From: an uncultured Solirubrobacterales bacterium
GTDB lineage: Bacteria; Actinomycetota; Thermoleophilia; Solirubrobacterales; 70-9
DNA: 64,000 bases
Assembly (NCBI GenBank): GCA_963801245.1
Contig: CAWDEA010000004.1
Span: forward strand, 75,175 to 139,174
Direction of reading: 5' to 3'
The notes under the pieces were generated by a model that was given only the letters and a program-made list of their open reading frames with translations, was not told the origin of the DNA and did not search any database. The position numbers were made by a program, and so were the translations under genes. The first letter of the stretch is position 1. Every line of letters starts with the position of its first letter. Shown here piece after piece: positions 50,929-60,941 of the stretch.

Positions 50929-51027
50929 AGAGAAGCGATGGCCCTAACGCGGTCTTGAGGGTCGGCTGGCTTGCACGGAATCCTTGCCCAACAGGCTGGT
51001 TCCCAATCTCTACTAAAGTCATCCTGA

Positions 51028-52227
51028 GTGGAGAAAGCAAACAAGCCGGCGCGCTTCCTCATCGTGGTGTTTGCGCTGTTCGTGCTGATGCCGTGCTCGG
51101 TGGCGTCGGCCGATTTCTTCGACCAGGACACGATTCAGCGGTTCGCGCCGCTTCTGGTCATGGACTCGCACGAGGACAACGGACCTTCGAGCGCACCTTG
51201 GTTCCTCGGCCGCTCGGACCTCGCGTTTGCCGAGTACGGGCGATGCGATACGGAAACGGTCTACGCGGGTCCCTGGACCGCCAGCGCGACCCGCCGGCTG
51301 GGCCTGCTGGCGCCGAGAGAAAGCCGGTGGCAGTACCGAACCCAGGAGTCGCTGTTCTGTCGCCGAAGCGGCCCGATGCTCCTGGCCACCGATTACACAC
51401 GGCCCTATGACTCGCACCGCCACCCGAGCCTCCACGAAAACGAGGGCTTCTTCTTCGACGCGAACCTCGACGGCGCGAAGGGCGGCATGCCGTTCACCAG
51501 GGCGAGCGACCACGAATTCATGACGCAGGCCCCGATCTACTACGACGACGGTGAGCTGTTCAACGAGAACGGCTCCCGCAAGAATCCGAAGCGAGCGTAC
51601 ATCTCCTACTGGTTCTTCTACCCCTTCAACGACGCTCCGCGGGCCAGGTTTCTCTTCAACCACCAAGGCGACTGGGAGAACATCTCGCTGCTCTTCCTCA
51701 AGGGCAGCGATCGCCTCTGGACGCTCGAGGAGGTCTCCTACTCAGCCCACGGCGCCCCCAAGCCGATCGACGCCGCCTGCTCGGCAGCCCCTTCCGCCGG
51801 CGATCCGCTGACCTGTCCCGTTCCCCGCGCGGAGTGGGCCGGGCAGTCGCGACTCGTCGGCTATGTGGCCGACGGCAGCCACGCGACCTACTCGTCCCCC
51901 GGCCCTCACCCAGTCCATTCCGCCCACGGACTGGCGACCGATCGCACCTCGTCCATCGCCTCCGGATACTCATGGCCCACCTGGCAGAACCTGCTGCCAC
52001 TCGAGGCGCAGGGCTGGGCGGGGTTCTGTGGAGCGTGGGGGCGCGTCGGAAAGTCATACCTCCCCTTCCCCGCCGACAGAACCGGGCCGCTCGGGCCGGG
52101 CTGCCTCGACGAGGGGGAACGGCAACGCAAGCGCGGTGGGCCGACAAGCTGGGGAGTCACGAGGTCTTCACCCGCAGACCGGGCAGCCACGCCGGGACAA
52201 GCGGTCGGCGTAGATCCGCGTCAGTGA
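51028..52227 (+). CDS. secreted Vps62/DUF946-like protein
   Basis: Signal peptide ARFLIVVFALFVLMPCSVASA. FAPLLVMDSHEDNGPSSAPWFL, QAPIYYD, AYISYWFFYPFND, NHQGDWENISLLF, VSYSAHG are the Vps62-family blocks as I remember them. Lower-GC gene. Confidence 0.7.
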   Translation: MEKANKPARFLIVVFALFVLMPCSVASADFFDQDTIQRFAPLLVMDSHEDNGPSSAPWFLGRSDLAFAEYGRCDTETVYAGPWTASATRRLGLLAPRESRWQYRTQESLFCRRSGPMLLATDYTRPYDSHRHPSLHENEGFFFDANLDGAKGGMPFTRASDHEFMTQAPIYYDDGELFNENGSRKNPKRAYISYWFFYPFNDAPRARFLFNHQGDWENISLLFLKGSDRLWTLEEVSYSAHGAPKPIDAACSAAPSAGDPLTCPVPRAEWAGQSRLVGYVADGSHATYSSPGPHPVHSAHGLATDRTSSIASGYSWPTWQNLLPLEAQGWAGFCGAWGRVGKSYLPFPADRTGPLGPGCLDEGERQRKRGGPTSWGVTRSSPADRAATPGQAVGVDPRQ

Positions 52228-52257
52228 CCCGCGCCGGCGCGACGGTACGGTGCGCGT

Positions 52258-52692
52258 GTGATCTACCTCCTCCGCCACGGTGACGCCGAGGACGGGACCG
52301 GCGACGATGCCTCCCGGCGGCTGACGCCGAAGGGCGAGCGCCAGGCCGAGGCGGCCGGCAGCGCGCTCGCAGCGATGGGCGCCGAGATCGACACCTGCCT
52401 GACCAGCCCGAAGGTGCGGGCGCTCGACACGGCCCGGATCGCCTGCGACGTGCTCGGCCTCGAGCCCGAGATCGCCGAGGAGCTTCGCGGCGGGCCGTTC
52501 GATTCGCTCGCGCTCACCGCCGGGCGCGGCAACGCCCTCCTCGTCGGCCACGAGCCCGACTTCTCCGGCGAGGTCGGCCGGCTGACCGGCGCCAACGTGA
52601 AGCTGAAGAAGGGCGGCCTCGCGATAGTCGAGGGCAGCACCTTGCTTGCGCTGCTGCGGCCGAGGGACCTGGCGGCGATCGCCTCGCGGTAG
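52258..52692 (+). CDS. sixA: phosphohistidine phosphatase SixA
   Basis: IYLLRHGDAE (RHG), LTPKGERQA, TSPKVRALDTA, LLVGHEPDFS. Confidence 0.8.
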   Translation: MIYLLRHGDAEDGTGDDASRRLTPKGERQAEAAGSALAAMGAEIDTCLTSPKVRALDTARIACDVLGLEPEIAEELRGGPFDSLALTAGRGNALLVGHEPDFSGEVGRLTGANVKLKKGGLAIVEGSTLLALLRPRDLAAIASR

Positions 52693-52773
52693 CTCGGCTG
52701 GACCGTTTTGACAGTCCGCCTCCGGGGCGTACGATCGGCCAGAGCCCAGTCCACTCGACAGAAGGAGAGTCAA

Positions 52774-53082
52774 ATGTTCTGCGCACTCACCGTTCGCAAC
52801 CTCAAGCCCGGCACGATGGATCAGTTCATGCAGGCGTTCATCCCCGACGACGTCAGCAACGTCCCGGCCGGCTGGAAGAAGTTCTACGCCCTGCAGAACG
52901 TCAGCGACCCGAACCAGGTCATCACCTTCGGCCTCTTCGACGGCACGCTGGAGGAGCTGCGCGCCGGCCAGCAGGACCCCGACGCCGAGTACGAGAAGCG
53001 CCGCGCCGCGGTCGACGAGCTCGTCGAGTCGGTCGGCGCCGACGGCGTCTTCGAGGTGGTCGAAGAGCGGGCCATGGAGTAG
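52774..53082 (+). CDS. small hypothetical protein (possibly dimeric alpha-beta-barrel/ABM-like)
   Basis: SD aaggag lies 7 nt before ATG 52774. MFCALTVRNLKPGTMDQFMQAF...VITFGLFDGTLEEL. The fold call is weak. Confidence 0.6.
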   Translation: MFCALTVRNLKPGTMDQFMQAFIPDDVSNVPAGWKKFYALQNVSDPNQVITFGLFDGTLEELRAGQQDPDAEYEKRRAAVDELVESVGADGVFEVVEERAME

Positions 53083-53148
53083 GAGCCGGCGGGGCAGTCG
53101 GTTAGGGTCGTTCGCGACCGAACAACCAGCAGGGAGAAACGAGGACCC

Positions 53149-53670
53149 ATGGCTTACGAAATGCAGATCCGGCAGAGCCAGGATCGAGTCAAGATAAGGA
53201 GCCCCTGGGCCGCGGCCCTGCTGCCGATCGTCACGCTCGGCATCTACCACCTCGTCTGGTGGTACCGGATCAACCGCGAGCTGCGCGACTACGGCAAGGC
53301 CAGGGGATACGACCTCGGCCAGAACCCGACCAACTCCGTCCTGGCACTGTTCCCGGGTGGGCTGATCATCGTCCCGGCGCTGGTCACCTACTGGCGCGGC
53401 GTCAAGCGCGTCATGGGAGCCTCCCGCCTGGCCGGCCAGGAGCCGCTCAACGGCTGGATCGCGATCATCCTCTACGTCCTGATCGCGCCCGCGCTGTGGG
53501 CCTACGTGCAGGTCGAGCTCAACAAGGTCTGGGAAGCAGAGGCCGACACGATCGAGGGTGAGTTGGCACCCCCGACGCCCGCCGACCCGCTTCCCCCGGT
53601 CATGCCCGACCAGCCGCAGGCAACCGAGCCGCCCGCCGGCGGACCACCGCCCGCGGGCCCCGCAGCCTGA
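53149..53670 (+). CDS. DUF4234-domain membrane protein with Pro-rich tail
   Basis: AALLPIVTLGIYHLVWWYRINRELRDYG is the DUF4234 signature, with a second TM WIAIILYVLIAPALWAYV. Confidence 0.75.
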   Translation: MAYEMQIRQSQDRVKIRSPWAAALLPIVTLGIYHLVWWYRINRELRDYGKARGYDLGQNPTNSVLALFPGGLIIVPALVTYWRGVKRVMGASRLAGQEPLNGWIAIILYVLIAPALWAYVQVELNKVWEAEADTIEGELAPPTPADPLPPVMPDQPQATEPPAGGPPPAGPAA

Positions 53671-53677
53671 TCCACCC

Positions 53678-54098
53678 GTGAAGCAGCGCGTCAGCCTGAT
53701 CACGCTCGGCGTCGGCCGACCTCGGCCGCGCCCGGCGCTTCTACGAGGCGCTCGGCTGGCAGACCGGTGCCGCACCCGACGACGACGTCGTCTTCTTCCA
53801 GGCGGGCGACATGGTCGTCGCGCTCTGGGACCGCGCCCGCCTGGCCGAGGACAGCTGCGTCGAGGACGGCGGCGGCTGGGGCGGCATCACCCTGGCGCTC
53901 AACTTCGGCTCGCCGGCGGAGGTCGACGCGGCGATCGAGGAGGCGCGAGCCGCTGGCGCGACGATCGGCCGCGAGCCCGCCGAGACCTTCTGGGGCGGCT
54001 ACAGCGCGCTCTTCCTCGACCCCGACGGCCACCCCTGGGAGGTCGCCCACAACCCGCACTGGACGATCGCCGAGGATGGCGGCGTCAGGCTGAGCTGA
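53678..54098 (+). pseudogene. VOC/glyoxalase-family protein, one frame break near 53712
   Basis: VKQRVSLITLGV | ADLGRARRFYEALGWQ...VVFFQAGDMVVALW...FWGGYSALFLDPDGHPWEVAHNP. Confidence 0.75.
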
Positions 54099-54099
54099 G

Positions 54100-54895
54100 A
54101 TGGACCCGGACGGGCGGCGCGCCCACCTCAACCTGATCGACAGCTCTCAGTTGCTCTTCGGGCTCGATCCAGAGGCCGAGGTCGAGGACGATCCCGGCTG
54201 GCTCCTGGGCGCCGGCAGCGCCAGCCACCCGGCGATCTCCAACGGCGCCTTCCGTCGCGACGACGGCGTCGACCCCGGCGAGCTGATCGACCGCGCCACC
54301 GAGTTCTTCGGCCAGCGGGGGCGAGGGTTCAGCGTCTGGGGCCGCGGTGGCTGCGACGAGGACCGGGACCTCCTCACCGCGGCCGAGGCGGCCGGCATGC
54401 AGTTCGTCTTCGCGATGCCCGAGATGACCCTCACGGCGCCGGTCGGCCCGCCCGAGCTCCCGCCCGGCGCTGAGCTACGCCGGCTGACCAGAGACGAGGA
54501 GGCCGAGGACTACTGGAGGGTCGCCAGGTCCTCATACGCCAGTCTCGGCTTCCCGCCCGAGGTCTTCGCCGGCTACACCGACCATTCCGGCCTGCTCGCC
54601 GAGAACGTCGCCGCCTTCCTCGCCTATCTCGACGGCGAGCCCGTGGCAATCGCGATGACGATCGTCAACAACGGCGTCGCCGGCATCTACTGGGTCGGCG
54701 CCCTCGAGCAGGCCCGCGGCCGGGGGCTGGGCCGGGCCGTCACCACCGCCGCCACCAACACCGGCTTCGAGCCTCGGCGCAGACCTCGCCTCCCTGCAGG
54801 CCTCGCCGATGGGCAAGCCGATCTACGAGGCAATGGGCTACGAGACGATCTTCGAGTACCGGCTGCTGATGATGAACCCACCGCAGGGCGCGTAA
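54100..54895 (+). pseudogene. GNAT-family N-acetyltransferase, one frame break near 54770
   Basis: GIYWVGALEQARGRGLGRAVTTAATNTGFE | LGADLASLQASPMGKPIYEAMGYETIFEY (acetyl-CoA loop R-G-R-G-L-G). Confidence 0.7.
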
Positions 54896-54992
54896 CGGGC
54901 GGTACCGAAGGCCGACTGGCCAGTCGGCCAGCGCCCATTCCCTATAGCCTCCCGGGCCGACTTTCACCTATGGAGAAGGAGAACGCAGACTG

Positions 54993-55823
54993 ATGGGACT
55001 TCTTGACGGGAAAGCGGCGATCGTCACCGGATCGGCGCGCGGAATCGGCCGGGCGACCGCTGAGCTGTTCGTCCGCGAGGGCGCCAAGGTGCTGATCAAC
55101 GACCTCGACGCCGACGTCGCCGAACAGGCGGCCGGCGAGATCGATGGCGAGACCGCCGTCTTCGCCGGCGACCTGACCAAGCCGGAGGCCGCCGACAAGC
55201 TCGTCGCCGCCGGCGTCGACGCCTTCGGCGCGGTCGACATCGTCGTCAACAACGCCGGCTACACCTGGGACAGCGTCGCCCACAAGATGACCGACGAGCA
55301 GTTCCAGGCGATGCTCGACATCCACACGATCGTGCCCTTCCGCGTCGCCCGGGCGCTCGCCCCGCACTGGCGCGAGGCGGCCAAGGCCGAGCGCAACGAG
55401 GGCAAGGAGGTCTTCCGCAAGATCGTCAACGTCTCCTCGACCTCGGGAACGATGGGCAACGCCGGCCAGATCAACTACTCGGCGGCGAAGATGGCCGTCG
55501 TCGGCATGACCAAAACGCTGGCCAAGGAGTGGGGCCAGTTCAAGATCAACGTCAACGCAGTCGCCTTCGGCTTCGTCGAAACCCGGCTCACCGCCGCCAA
55601 AGAGCAGGGCGGCGAGATGACCTCGCCGACCGGCGAGAAGATCGAGCTCGGCATCCCCGAGCAGATGCGGGCGATGGCCTCGGCGATCATCCCGCTCGGC
55701 CGTCCCGCCACGCCGGAGGAGGCCTCGGGCCCGGTCCTCTTCCTCTGCTCGCCGCTCGCCGACTACGTGCACGGCCAGACGCTCAACGTCACCGGCGGCA
55801 TGTTCGGGGGGATGTACACCTGA
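54993..55823 (+). CDS. SDR-family oxidoreductase (FabG-like)
   Basis: TGSARGIGRA, NNAG, YSAAK, PLGRPATPEE. Intact. Confidence 0.9.
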   Translation: MGLLDGKAAIVTGSARGIGRATAELFVREGAKVLINDLDADVAEQAAGEIDGETAVFAGDLTKPEAADKLVAAGVDAFGAVDIVVNNAGYTWDSVAHKMTDEQFQAMLDIHTIVPFRVARALAPHWREAAKAERNEGKEVFRKIVNVSSTSGTMGNAGQINYSAAKMAVVGMTKTLAKEWGQFKINVNAVAFGFVETRLTAAKEQGGEMTSPTGEKIELGIPEQMRAMASAIIPLGRPATPEEASGPVLFLCSPLADYVHGQTLNVTGGMFGGMYT

Positions 55824-55903
55824 GCTCCCAGGCGACAGGTGGCAGGCGCACACCCCGTTACCTCGACGTAGCGGACAGGATTTGGCCTGCCACCCGTCGC
55901 TTC

Positions 55904-56305
55904 ATGGGCCTGCACACGGCGCTCTACCGGGCAACCGGAGGGCGCTTCGGGCACGACGTGCCGGGCGGTCCCGGCACGATGCTGCTGCTCGACCACGTCG
56001 GAGCCAAGAGCGGGACCAAGCGCACCTCGCCCCTGCTCTACGTCAAGGACGGCGAGAACGTCTTCGTGATCGCCTCCAAAGGCGGCTTCCCCAAGAACCC
56101 GGCCTGGTTCCACAACCTCAAGGCCAATCCGGACACGACCGTTCAGATCCGCTCCGAGCGGCGAGCGGTCCACGCCCGCGTCGCCACCCCCGAGGAGCGC
56201 GAGCGCCTCTGGCCGCTGGCGGTGAAGGCCTACAGCGGATACGAAGACTACGCCGCGCGCAGCAAGGGTCGCGAGATCCCCATCGTCATCCTCGAGCCCC
56301 GCTAG
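55904..56305 (+). CDS. deazaflavin(F420)-dependent oxidoreductase, nitroreductase/DDN family
   Basis: LHTALYRATGGRFG, LLLDHVGAKSGTKRTSPLLY, ASKGGFPKNPAWFHNLKANP, YAARSKGREIPIVILEP. The true start may lie upstream of ATG 55904 (non-ATG). Confidence 0.75.
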   Translation: MGLHTALYRATGGRFGHDVPGGPGTMLLLDHVGAKSGTKRTSPLLYVKDGENVFVIASKGGFPKNPAWFHNLKANPDTTVQIRSERRAVHARVATPEERERLWPLAVKAYSGYEDYAARSKGREIPIVILEPR

Positions 56306-57159
56306 GGCTTCGGGCGGCGCTCCTCGGCGACCGGGTCCCCGGACTCGCTGGCGATCGCCTCGGGGGGCCAGGGGCCGGCCCAGTTGTCGCGGGCACCGTC
56401 GATCGTGATCGTCGTGCCGGAGAAGAAGTCGCCGGCCGGCGAGGCCAGGTAGGCGACGAGCCAGGCCATCTCCTCGGCCCGGCCGGCGCGGCCGATCGGG
56501 ATCGAGCGCTCGAGGTTGTCGACGACCACCTGCGGATACTTGGTCAGCAGGGTCTCGGTGGCGAACTGCCCGGCGGCGAGGGCGCAGGTCTTGATCCCGA
56601 AGCGCGCCCACTCCACCGCCAGCGTCCGCATCATGTTCTCGACCGCGGCGCGGGCGGCGCCCGAGTGGACCATCCCCGGCATCCCGTTGTGGGGAGAGAG
56701 GGTGACGCTCAGCACCTTGCCCCCGCCCTGCGGGATGAAGGCCTTGGTCGCCGCCGCGTGGGTCATCAGCCAGGTCCCCTGCACGTTCAGCTCGATCACC
56801 GTGCGAAAGCCTTTCGGCGTGATCGACTCCGCCGGGGCGAGGAACTGCCCGCCGGCGTTGTTGACCAGGACGTCGATCCGGCCGTGCTCCTCCATCACCC
56901 GGTCGAAGAAGCGGTCGACCGCCTCCTCGTCGCGGATGTCCATCGTTTCGCGGCCGAAGGAGCCCGCCATCCCGGCAGCCAGCTCCGCCGTCTCGGCCAG
57001 CGGCTCCTCGCGGCGCCCGCAGCCGACCACCGCGGCACCGAGTCGCGCGAGCTCCAATGCGGTCTCCCGACCGAGCCCGCTGCCGGCCCCGGAGACGACG
57101 CAGACCTGCCCCTCGAGCAGGCCGGGCTTGAAGATCTGCGAGTGCGAGTCGCCGCTCAT
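56302..57159 (-). CDS. SDR-family oxidoreductase (enoyl/dienoyl-CoA-reductase-like)
   Basis: VSGAGSGLGRE, NNAGGQF, SGAARAAVENMMRTLAVEW. Intact 285 aa. Confidence 0.85.
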   Translation of the reverse strand: MSGDSHSQIFKPGLLEGQVCVVSGAGSGLGRETALELARLGAAVVGCGRREEPLAETAELAAGMAGSFGRETMDIRDEEAVDRFFDRVMEEHGRIDVLVNNAGGQFLAPAESITPKGFRTVIELNVQGTWLMTHAAATKAFIPQGGGKVLSVTLSPHNGMPGMVHSGAARAAVENMMRTLAVEWARFGIKTCALAAGQFATETLLTKYPQVVVDNLERSIPIGRAGRAEEMAWLVAYLASPAGDFFSGTTITIDGARDNWAGPWPPEAIASESGDPVAEERRPKP

Positions 57160-57211
57160 AGGACGCGCGCAAGCCTATAGGCGACCTCTACCCAGGTAAT
57201 GTGACCCCTCG

Positions 57212-58123
57212 ATGAAGGTGCGGGTCGAGCCCAAACCGCTGCACGAGCCGCTGGCCGGAGGCACGCCGGGCTCGACCGTGACGGTCGAGCCGATGGTGGC
57301 GGGCCGGGTGACCTGGCCGCAGACGATGATGGAACGACCCGGCGGTCGCTTCGAGACCCTGAAGCTGCTGCGCGCCCTGATCACCGGCAACCCGGCGGCG
57401 ACCGTGCCCGTCCCGGCCTTCCTGATCCGCCACCCGAGCGCCGGCGCGATCCTCGTCGACACCGGCCTGCACCCGTCGATCGCCACCGACGGCAAGGAGA
57501 ACTTCGGCGGCCTTGGCGCCCGGATCGGCAAGCCCGACCTGGAGGCGGGCGAGGACGTCCCGGCCCAGCTGCGCAAGAAGGGGCTCGACCCCGGCGAGAT
57601 CCCGGTCGTCGTGATGACCCACATGCACCTCGACCACAGCTCGGCGATCTCGGAGTTCCCCAACTCGACCTTCGTGATCAGCGAGACCGAGTGGGAGTCC
57701 GCGGCCACGGGTCCCCGCCCGATGCTCAACGGCTACCGACGCCCCCACTTCGACTACGCCTTCGACTACCGCACGGTCGACTTCGACCGTGGCGGGATCG
57801 ACTCCTACGCGACCTTCGGCCGCGCCTTCGACCTCTTCGGCGACGGCTCGATCCGGCTCGCCTACACCCCCGGCCACAGCGCCGGCCACATGTCGGTGAT
57901 CGCCCGCCTCGCCAAGCACGACTTCGTGATCGGCGGCGACGCCACCTACACGACGGCCCAGCTCGAGGGCACCGCCCCGCTGGCGCCGCGCCCCTTCGAC
58001 GCCCACAACTACCGCCGCTCGCTGCAGGAGCTGAAGCTCTTCAAGCGCGAGTACCCCGACGCGATCGTCACCCCCGGCCACGACCCCGAGTTCTACGCCG
58101 CGGTCAGCGCCCGTTACGAGTAG
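57212..58123 (+). CDS. MBL-fold hydrolase (N-acyl-homoserine-lactonase-like)
   Basis: VVMTHMHLDHSSA (HxHxDH), YTPGHSAGH, GGDATY, TPGHDP. Confidence 0.8.
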   Translation: MKVRVEPKPLHEPLAGGTPGSTVTVEPMVAGRVTWPQTMMERPGGRFETLKLLRALITGNPAATVPVPAFLIRHPSAGAILVDTGLHPSIATDGKENFGGLGARIGKPDLEAGEDVPAQLRKKGLDPGEIPVVVMTHMHLDHSSAISEFPNSTFVISETEWESAATGPRPMLNGYRRPHFDYAFDYRTVDFDRGGIDSYATFGRAFDLFGDGSIRLAYTPGHSAGHMSVIARLAKHDFVIGGDATYTTAQLEGTAPLAPRPFDAHNYRRSLQELKLFKREYPDAIVTPGHDPEFYAAVSARYE

Positions 58124-58817
58124 CCAGCTCGGAGTACATCTTCCGCACCGGGGCGAAGATCTGCTCCGCGACCTCGAGCTGGCGCTCGCGGCCCGGGGCC
58201 TCCTCGGTGGGGAAGTCGAGCGGCTCGCCGAACTGCACCGTGACCTTGGGGAAGCGGAACCGCTTCCAGCGCCGCACCCGCTCAGAGCCGTGGATCGCGA
58301 CCGGGACGACGGGCGCGCCCGATTCGAGCGCGATGCGGCCGATCCCCGGCTTCACCTCGCCCAGCTCGCCGCTGCGCGAGCGGCCACCCTCGGCGTAGAC
58401 GAGCAGCATCCCGCCCTGGTCGAGGATCGTGAAGGCGGTCTTGAACGACTCCTCGTCGCGGTGGCCGCGACGGACCGGGAAGACGCCGCCGTGCTTGTAG
58501 ATGTAGGTGAGGACGGGCGGGCCGAACATCTGCGATTTCGCCATGAAGCGAACGTGCCGGCGCAGGTAGAGGCCGACGAAGAAGTGATCCATCTGGCTGA
58601 AGTGATTCGGGGCGAGGATCAGCGCCCCGGACTTGGGCACGTTCTCGACCCCGATCGCCCGCGTCCGGAAGATCAGCAGCGTCGGCAGCGTGAGGATGAA
58701 GCGGACCAAGCCGTAGGTCCAGCCGACCCCCTTGCGCGCGGCGGCGTGGAACTGGTCGAAGTACTCGGCAGGACGTTCGTCCTTGTAGACCTGTGGCTTC
58801 ATGTCCGACATAGGCAT
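58104..58817 (-). CDS. plsC: 1-acyl-sn-glycerol-3-phosphate acyltransferase (PlsC family)
   Basis: NHFSQMDHF (HX4D), VFPVRRG, YAEGGRSRSG, PVVPVAI. ATG 58817. Confidence 0.8.
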   Translation of the reverse strand: MPMSDMKPQVYKDERPAEYFDQFHAAARKGVGWTYGLVRFILTLPTLLIFRTRAIGVENVPKSGALILAPNHFSQMDHFFVGLYLRRHVRFMAKSQMFGPPVLTYIYKHGGVFPVRRGHRDEESFKTAFTILDQGGMLLVYAEGGRSRSGELGEVKPGIGRIALESGAPVVPVAIHGSERVRRWKRFRFPKVTVQFGEPLDFPTEEAPGRERQLEVAEQIFAPVRKMYSELATRNGR

Positions 58818-58863
58818 GACGGCCCCCGCCGTCGCTACGCGATACCCCCATTTGCGCGGGGGG

Positions 58864-60327
58864 TTACGCGGCGCCCTCCGGAGTGGCCCAGCCCTTTGCC
58901 CGCTCGAGCGCCCGATGCCACTCCGCGAGCAGCGACTCGCGCTCGCCGGAGCCCATCGCCGGCTCGTAGCGAGCCGCCTCGCGCCACATCTCCCCGACCT
59001 GCTCCAGCGTCCATCTCCCGGTCGCGATCCCGGCCAGGTAGGCCGCGCCCAGCGCGGTCGTCTCGGCGATTTCCGGCACGACCACCTCGGCACCCAGCAC
59101 GTCGGCCTGGAACTGCATCAGCCAGCGGTTGGAGACCGCTCCGCCGTCGGCCTTCATCACCGCGAGGCGCTCCCCCGAGGCGGCCTCCTGGGCGCGCACC
59201 GCGTCGACCGTCTGGTAGGCGATCGCCTCCAGCGCCGCGCGCGCCAGGTGGGCGCGGCCGCTGCCGCGGGTGAGGCCGACGATCGTGCCGCGCGCGTAGG
59301 GGTCCCAGTGCGGCGAGCCGAGCCCGGTCAGGGCCGGGACGAAGTAGACGCCGTCGTTGCCGTCGAGCGAGGCGGCGAGCGCCTCGCTCTCCCCCGCGCC
59401 CTCGATCACCCCGAGCCCGTCGCGCAGCCACTGCACCGCGGCGCCGGTGACGAAGATCGAGGCCTCGAGCGCGTAGGCGGGCTCATCGCCGGCATCGCAA
59501 GCCACCGTCGTCAGCAGGCCCGCGGCCGGCTCGGGCGCCACCGAGCCCGTGTGCAGGAGGACGAAGCTGCCGGTGCCGTAGGTGTTCTTCGCCGTGCCGG
59601 CCACGTGGCAGGCCTGGCCGAAGAGCGCCGCCTGCTGGTCCCCGGCGATCCCCGCAACCGGCACCTCGCCGCCGAACTCCGACGTCGTGCCGTAGACGTG
59701 CGCCGAGGGCAGCGGCTCGGGCAGCCGCGCCGGGTCGACGCCGAGCAGCCCGCAGAGCTCCTCGTCCCAGGCGAGCCTGCGGATGTCGAAGAGCATCGTC
59801 CGCGAGGCGTTGGTGCGGTCGGTGGCGTGGCGCCCGGTGAGCTTGAACAGCAGCCAGGAGTCGATCGTGCCGAAGACCGCCCGCTCGGCCCCCTCGGCGT
59901 TGCGCAGCAGCCACTCGATCTTCGTCGCGGAGAAGTAGGGGTCGAGGACGAGGCCGGTCCGCTCCCGCACGAGCGCCTCGTGCCCGGCGGCGCGCAGCTC
60001 CTCGCAGCGCTCGGCGGTGCGGCGGTCCTGCCAGACCAAAGCTCGGTGGACCGGCTCGCCGGTCGCCGGGTCCCAGGCGACGATCGTCTCGCGCTGGTTG
60101 GCGATCCCGATCGCCTCCAGGTCCGCGCCGCGGACGCCGGCGGCGTCGATCGCCTCCGCCGCGACCCGCCGCGTCACGTCCCAGATTTCCGCCGCGTCGT
60201 GCTCGACCCAGCCCGGCCGCGGGAAGTGCTGCTCGAACTCCGAGTAGGCGCGGCCGGCGATCCGCCCCTCCTCGTCGAAGAGGAGGCAGGTCGTCCCGGT
60301 CGTCCCCTGGTCGATCGCGAGGATCAG
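58864..60327 (-). CDS. glpK: glycerol kinase
   Basis: LILAIDQGTTGTT, WVEHDAAEIW, GIANQRETIVAWD, DPYFSATK, GDQQAALFGQ, KNTYGTGSF. The frame is open up to 60327 but the first ATG/GTG/TTG is at 60177. A CTG at 60327 overlaps the tetR stop (CTGA). Confidence 0.9.
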   Translation of the reverse strand: MILAIDQGTTGTTCLLFDEEGRIAGRAYSEFEQHFPRPGWVEHDAAEIWDVTRRVAAEAIDAAGVRGADLEAIGIANQRETIVAWDPATGEPVHRALVWQDRRTAERCEELRAAGHEALVRERTGLVLDPYFSATKIEWLLRNAEGAERAVFGTIDSWLLFKLTGRHATDRTNASRTMLFDIRRLAWDEELCGLLGVDPARLPEPLPSAHVYGTTSEFGGEVPVAGIAGDQQAALFGQACHVAGTAKNTYGTGSFVLLHTGSVAPEPAAGLLTTVACDAGDEPAYALEASIFVTGAAVQWLRDGLGVIEGAGESEALAASLDGNDGVYFVPALTGLGSPHWDPYARGTIVGLTRGSGRAHLARAALEAIAYQTVDAVRAQEAASGERLAVMKADGGAVSNRWLMQFQADVLGAEVVVPEIAETTALGAAYLAGIATGRWTLEQVGEMWREAARYEPAMGSGERESLLAEWHRALERAKGWATPEGAA

Positions 60328-60896
60328 CGGGTCGCTCCGCGGACGATGGTCAGCAGCGCGTCGGCGACGCCCGAGGCATCGGTGCCACCCGTCCCGAGCC
60401 GGCGCACCCCCATCCCGTACATCACCGCCAGGACCGTGCGGGCGTGCCGCCCGGGGTCGGGCACCCCGAGCGTCTCCAGCGCCGCCGCCGCGACGCCTTC
60501 GTAGGCCTCGAAGCAGCGCCGCGAGGCGTCCTGCAGCGCCGGATCGCGCGCGGCCTGGAGGTGGAGCTCGATCTCGGCCAGCTGCTGGATCCGGCTGCCG
60601 GACTCCTGGACGATCCGTTCGACCTCCGTGGCGACCTGCTCGACGCTGGGATGCGTGCCGCGCAGGCGCGCTGCGATCTCCTCCTGGCGCGCCACCTCCT
60701 CGCCGACGAAGAGCAGGAGGCTCTCGCGCAGCAGGTCCACCTGACTGGGGAAGTGGTACGTGAGCGAGCCGAGAGAGACCTCGGCGGCGCCCGCCACGCG
60801 GCGGTTGGTGACGGCGGAGACTCCCTCACGGCCGATCAGCTCGACGGTGGTTTGGAGTATGCGCTCGCGGGTGTCGGGAGGCGCGGCGGTGGGCAC
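60324..60896 (-). CDS. TetR-family transcriptional regulator
   Basis: RERILQTTVELIGREGVSAVTNRRVAGAAEVSLGSLTYHF (HTH). GTG 60896. Confidence 0.85.
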   Translation of the reverse strand: MPTAAPPDTRERILQTTVELIGREGVSAVTNRRVAGAAEVSLGSLTYHFPSQVDLLRESLLLFVGEEVARQEEIAARLRGTHPSVEQVATEVERIVQESGSRIQQLAEIELHLQAARDPALQDASRRCFEAYEGVAAAALETLGVPDPGRHARTVLAVMYGMGVRRLGTGGTDASGVADALLTIVRGATR

Positions 60897-60925
60897 GGAG
60901 CGCCAGCCTACCCTCTTCGCCTATC

Positions 60926-60941
60926 GTTCGTTCGAACGAAC
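60926..60941. promoter_or_regulatory. perfect 16-bp palindrome gttcgttcgaacgaac, candidate TetR operator
   Basis: Located in the 70-nt divergent spacer between tetR (start 60896) and the amidase gene (SD 60950, ATG 60967). Confidence 0.5.
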
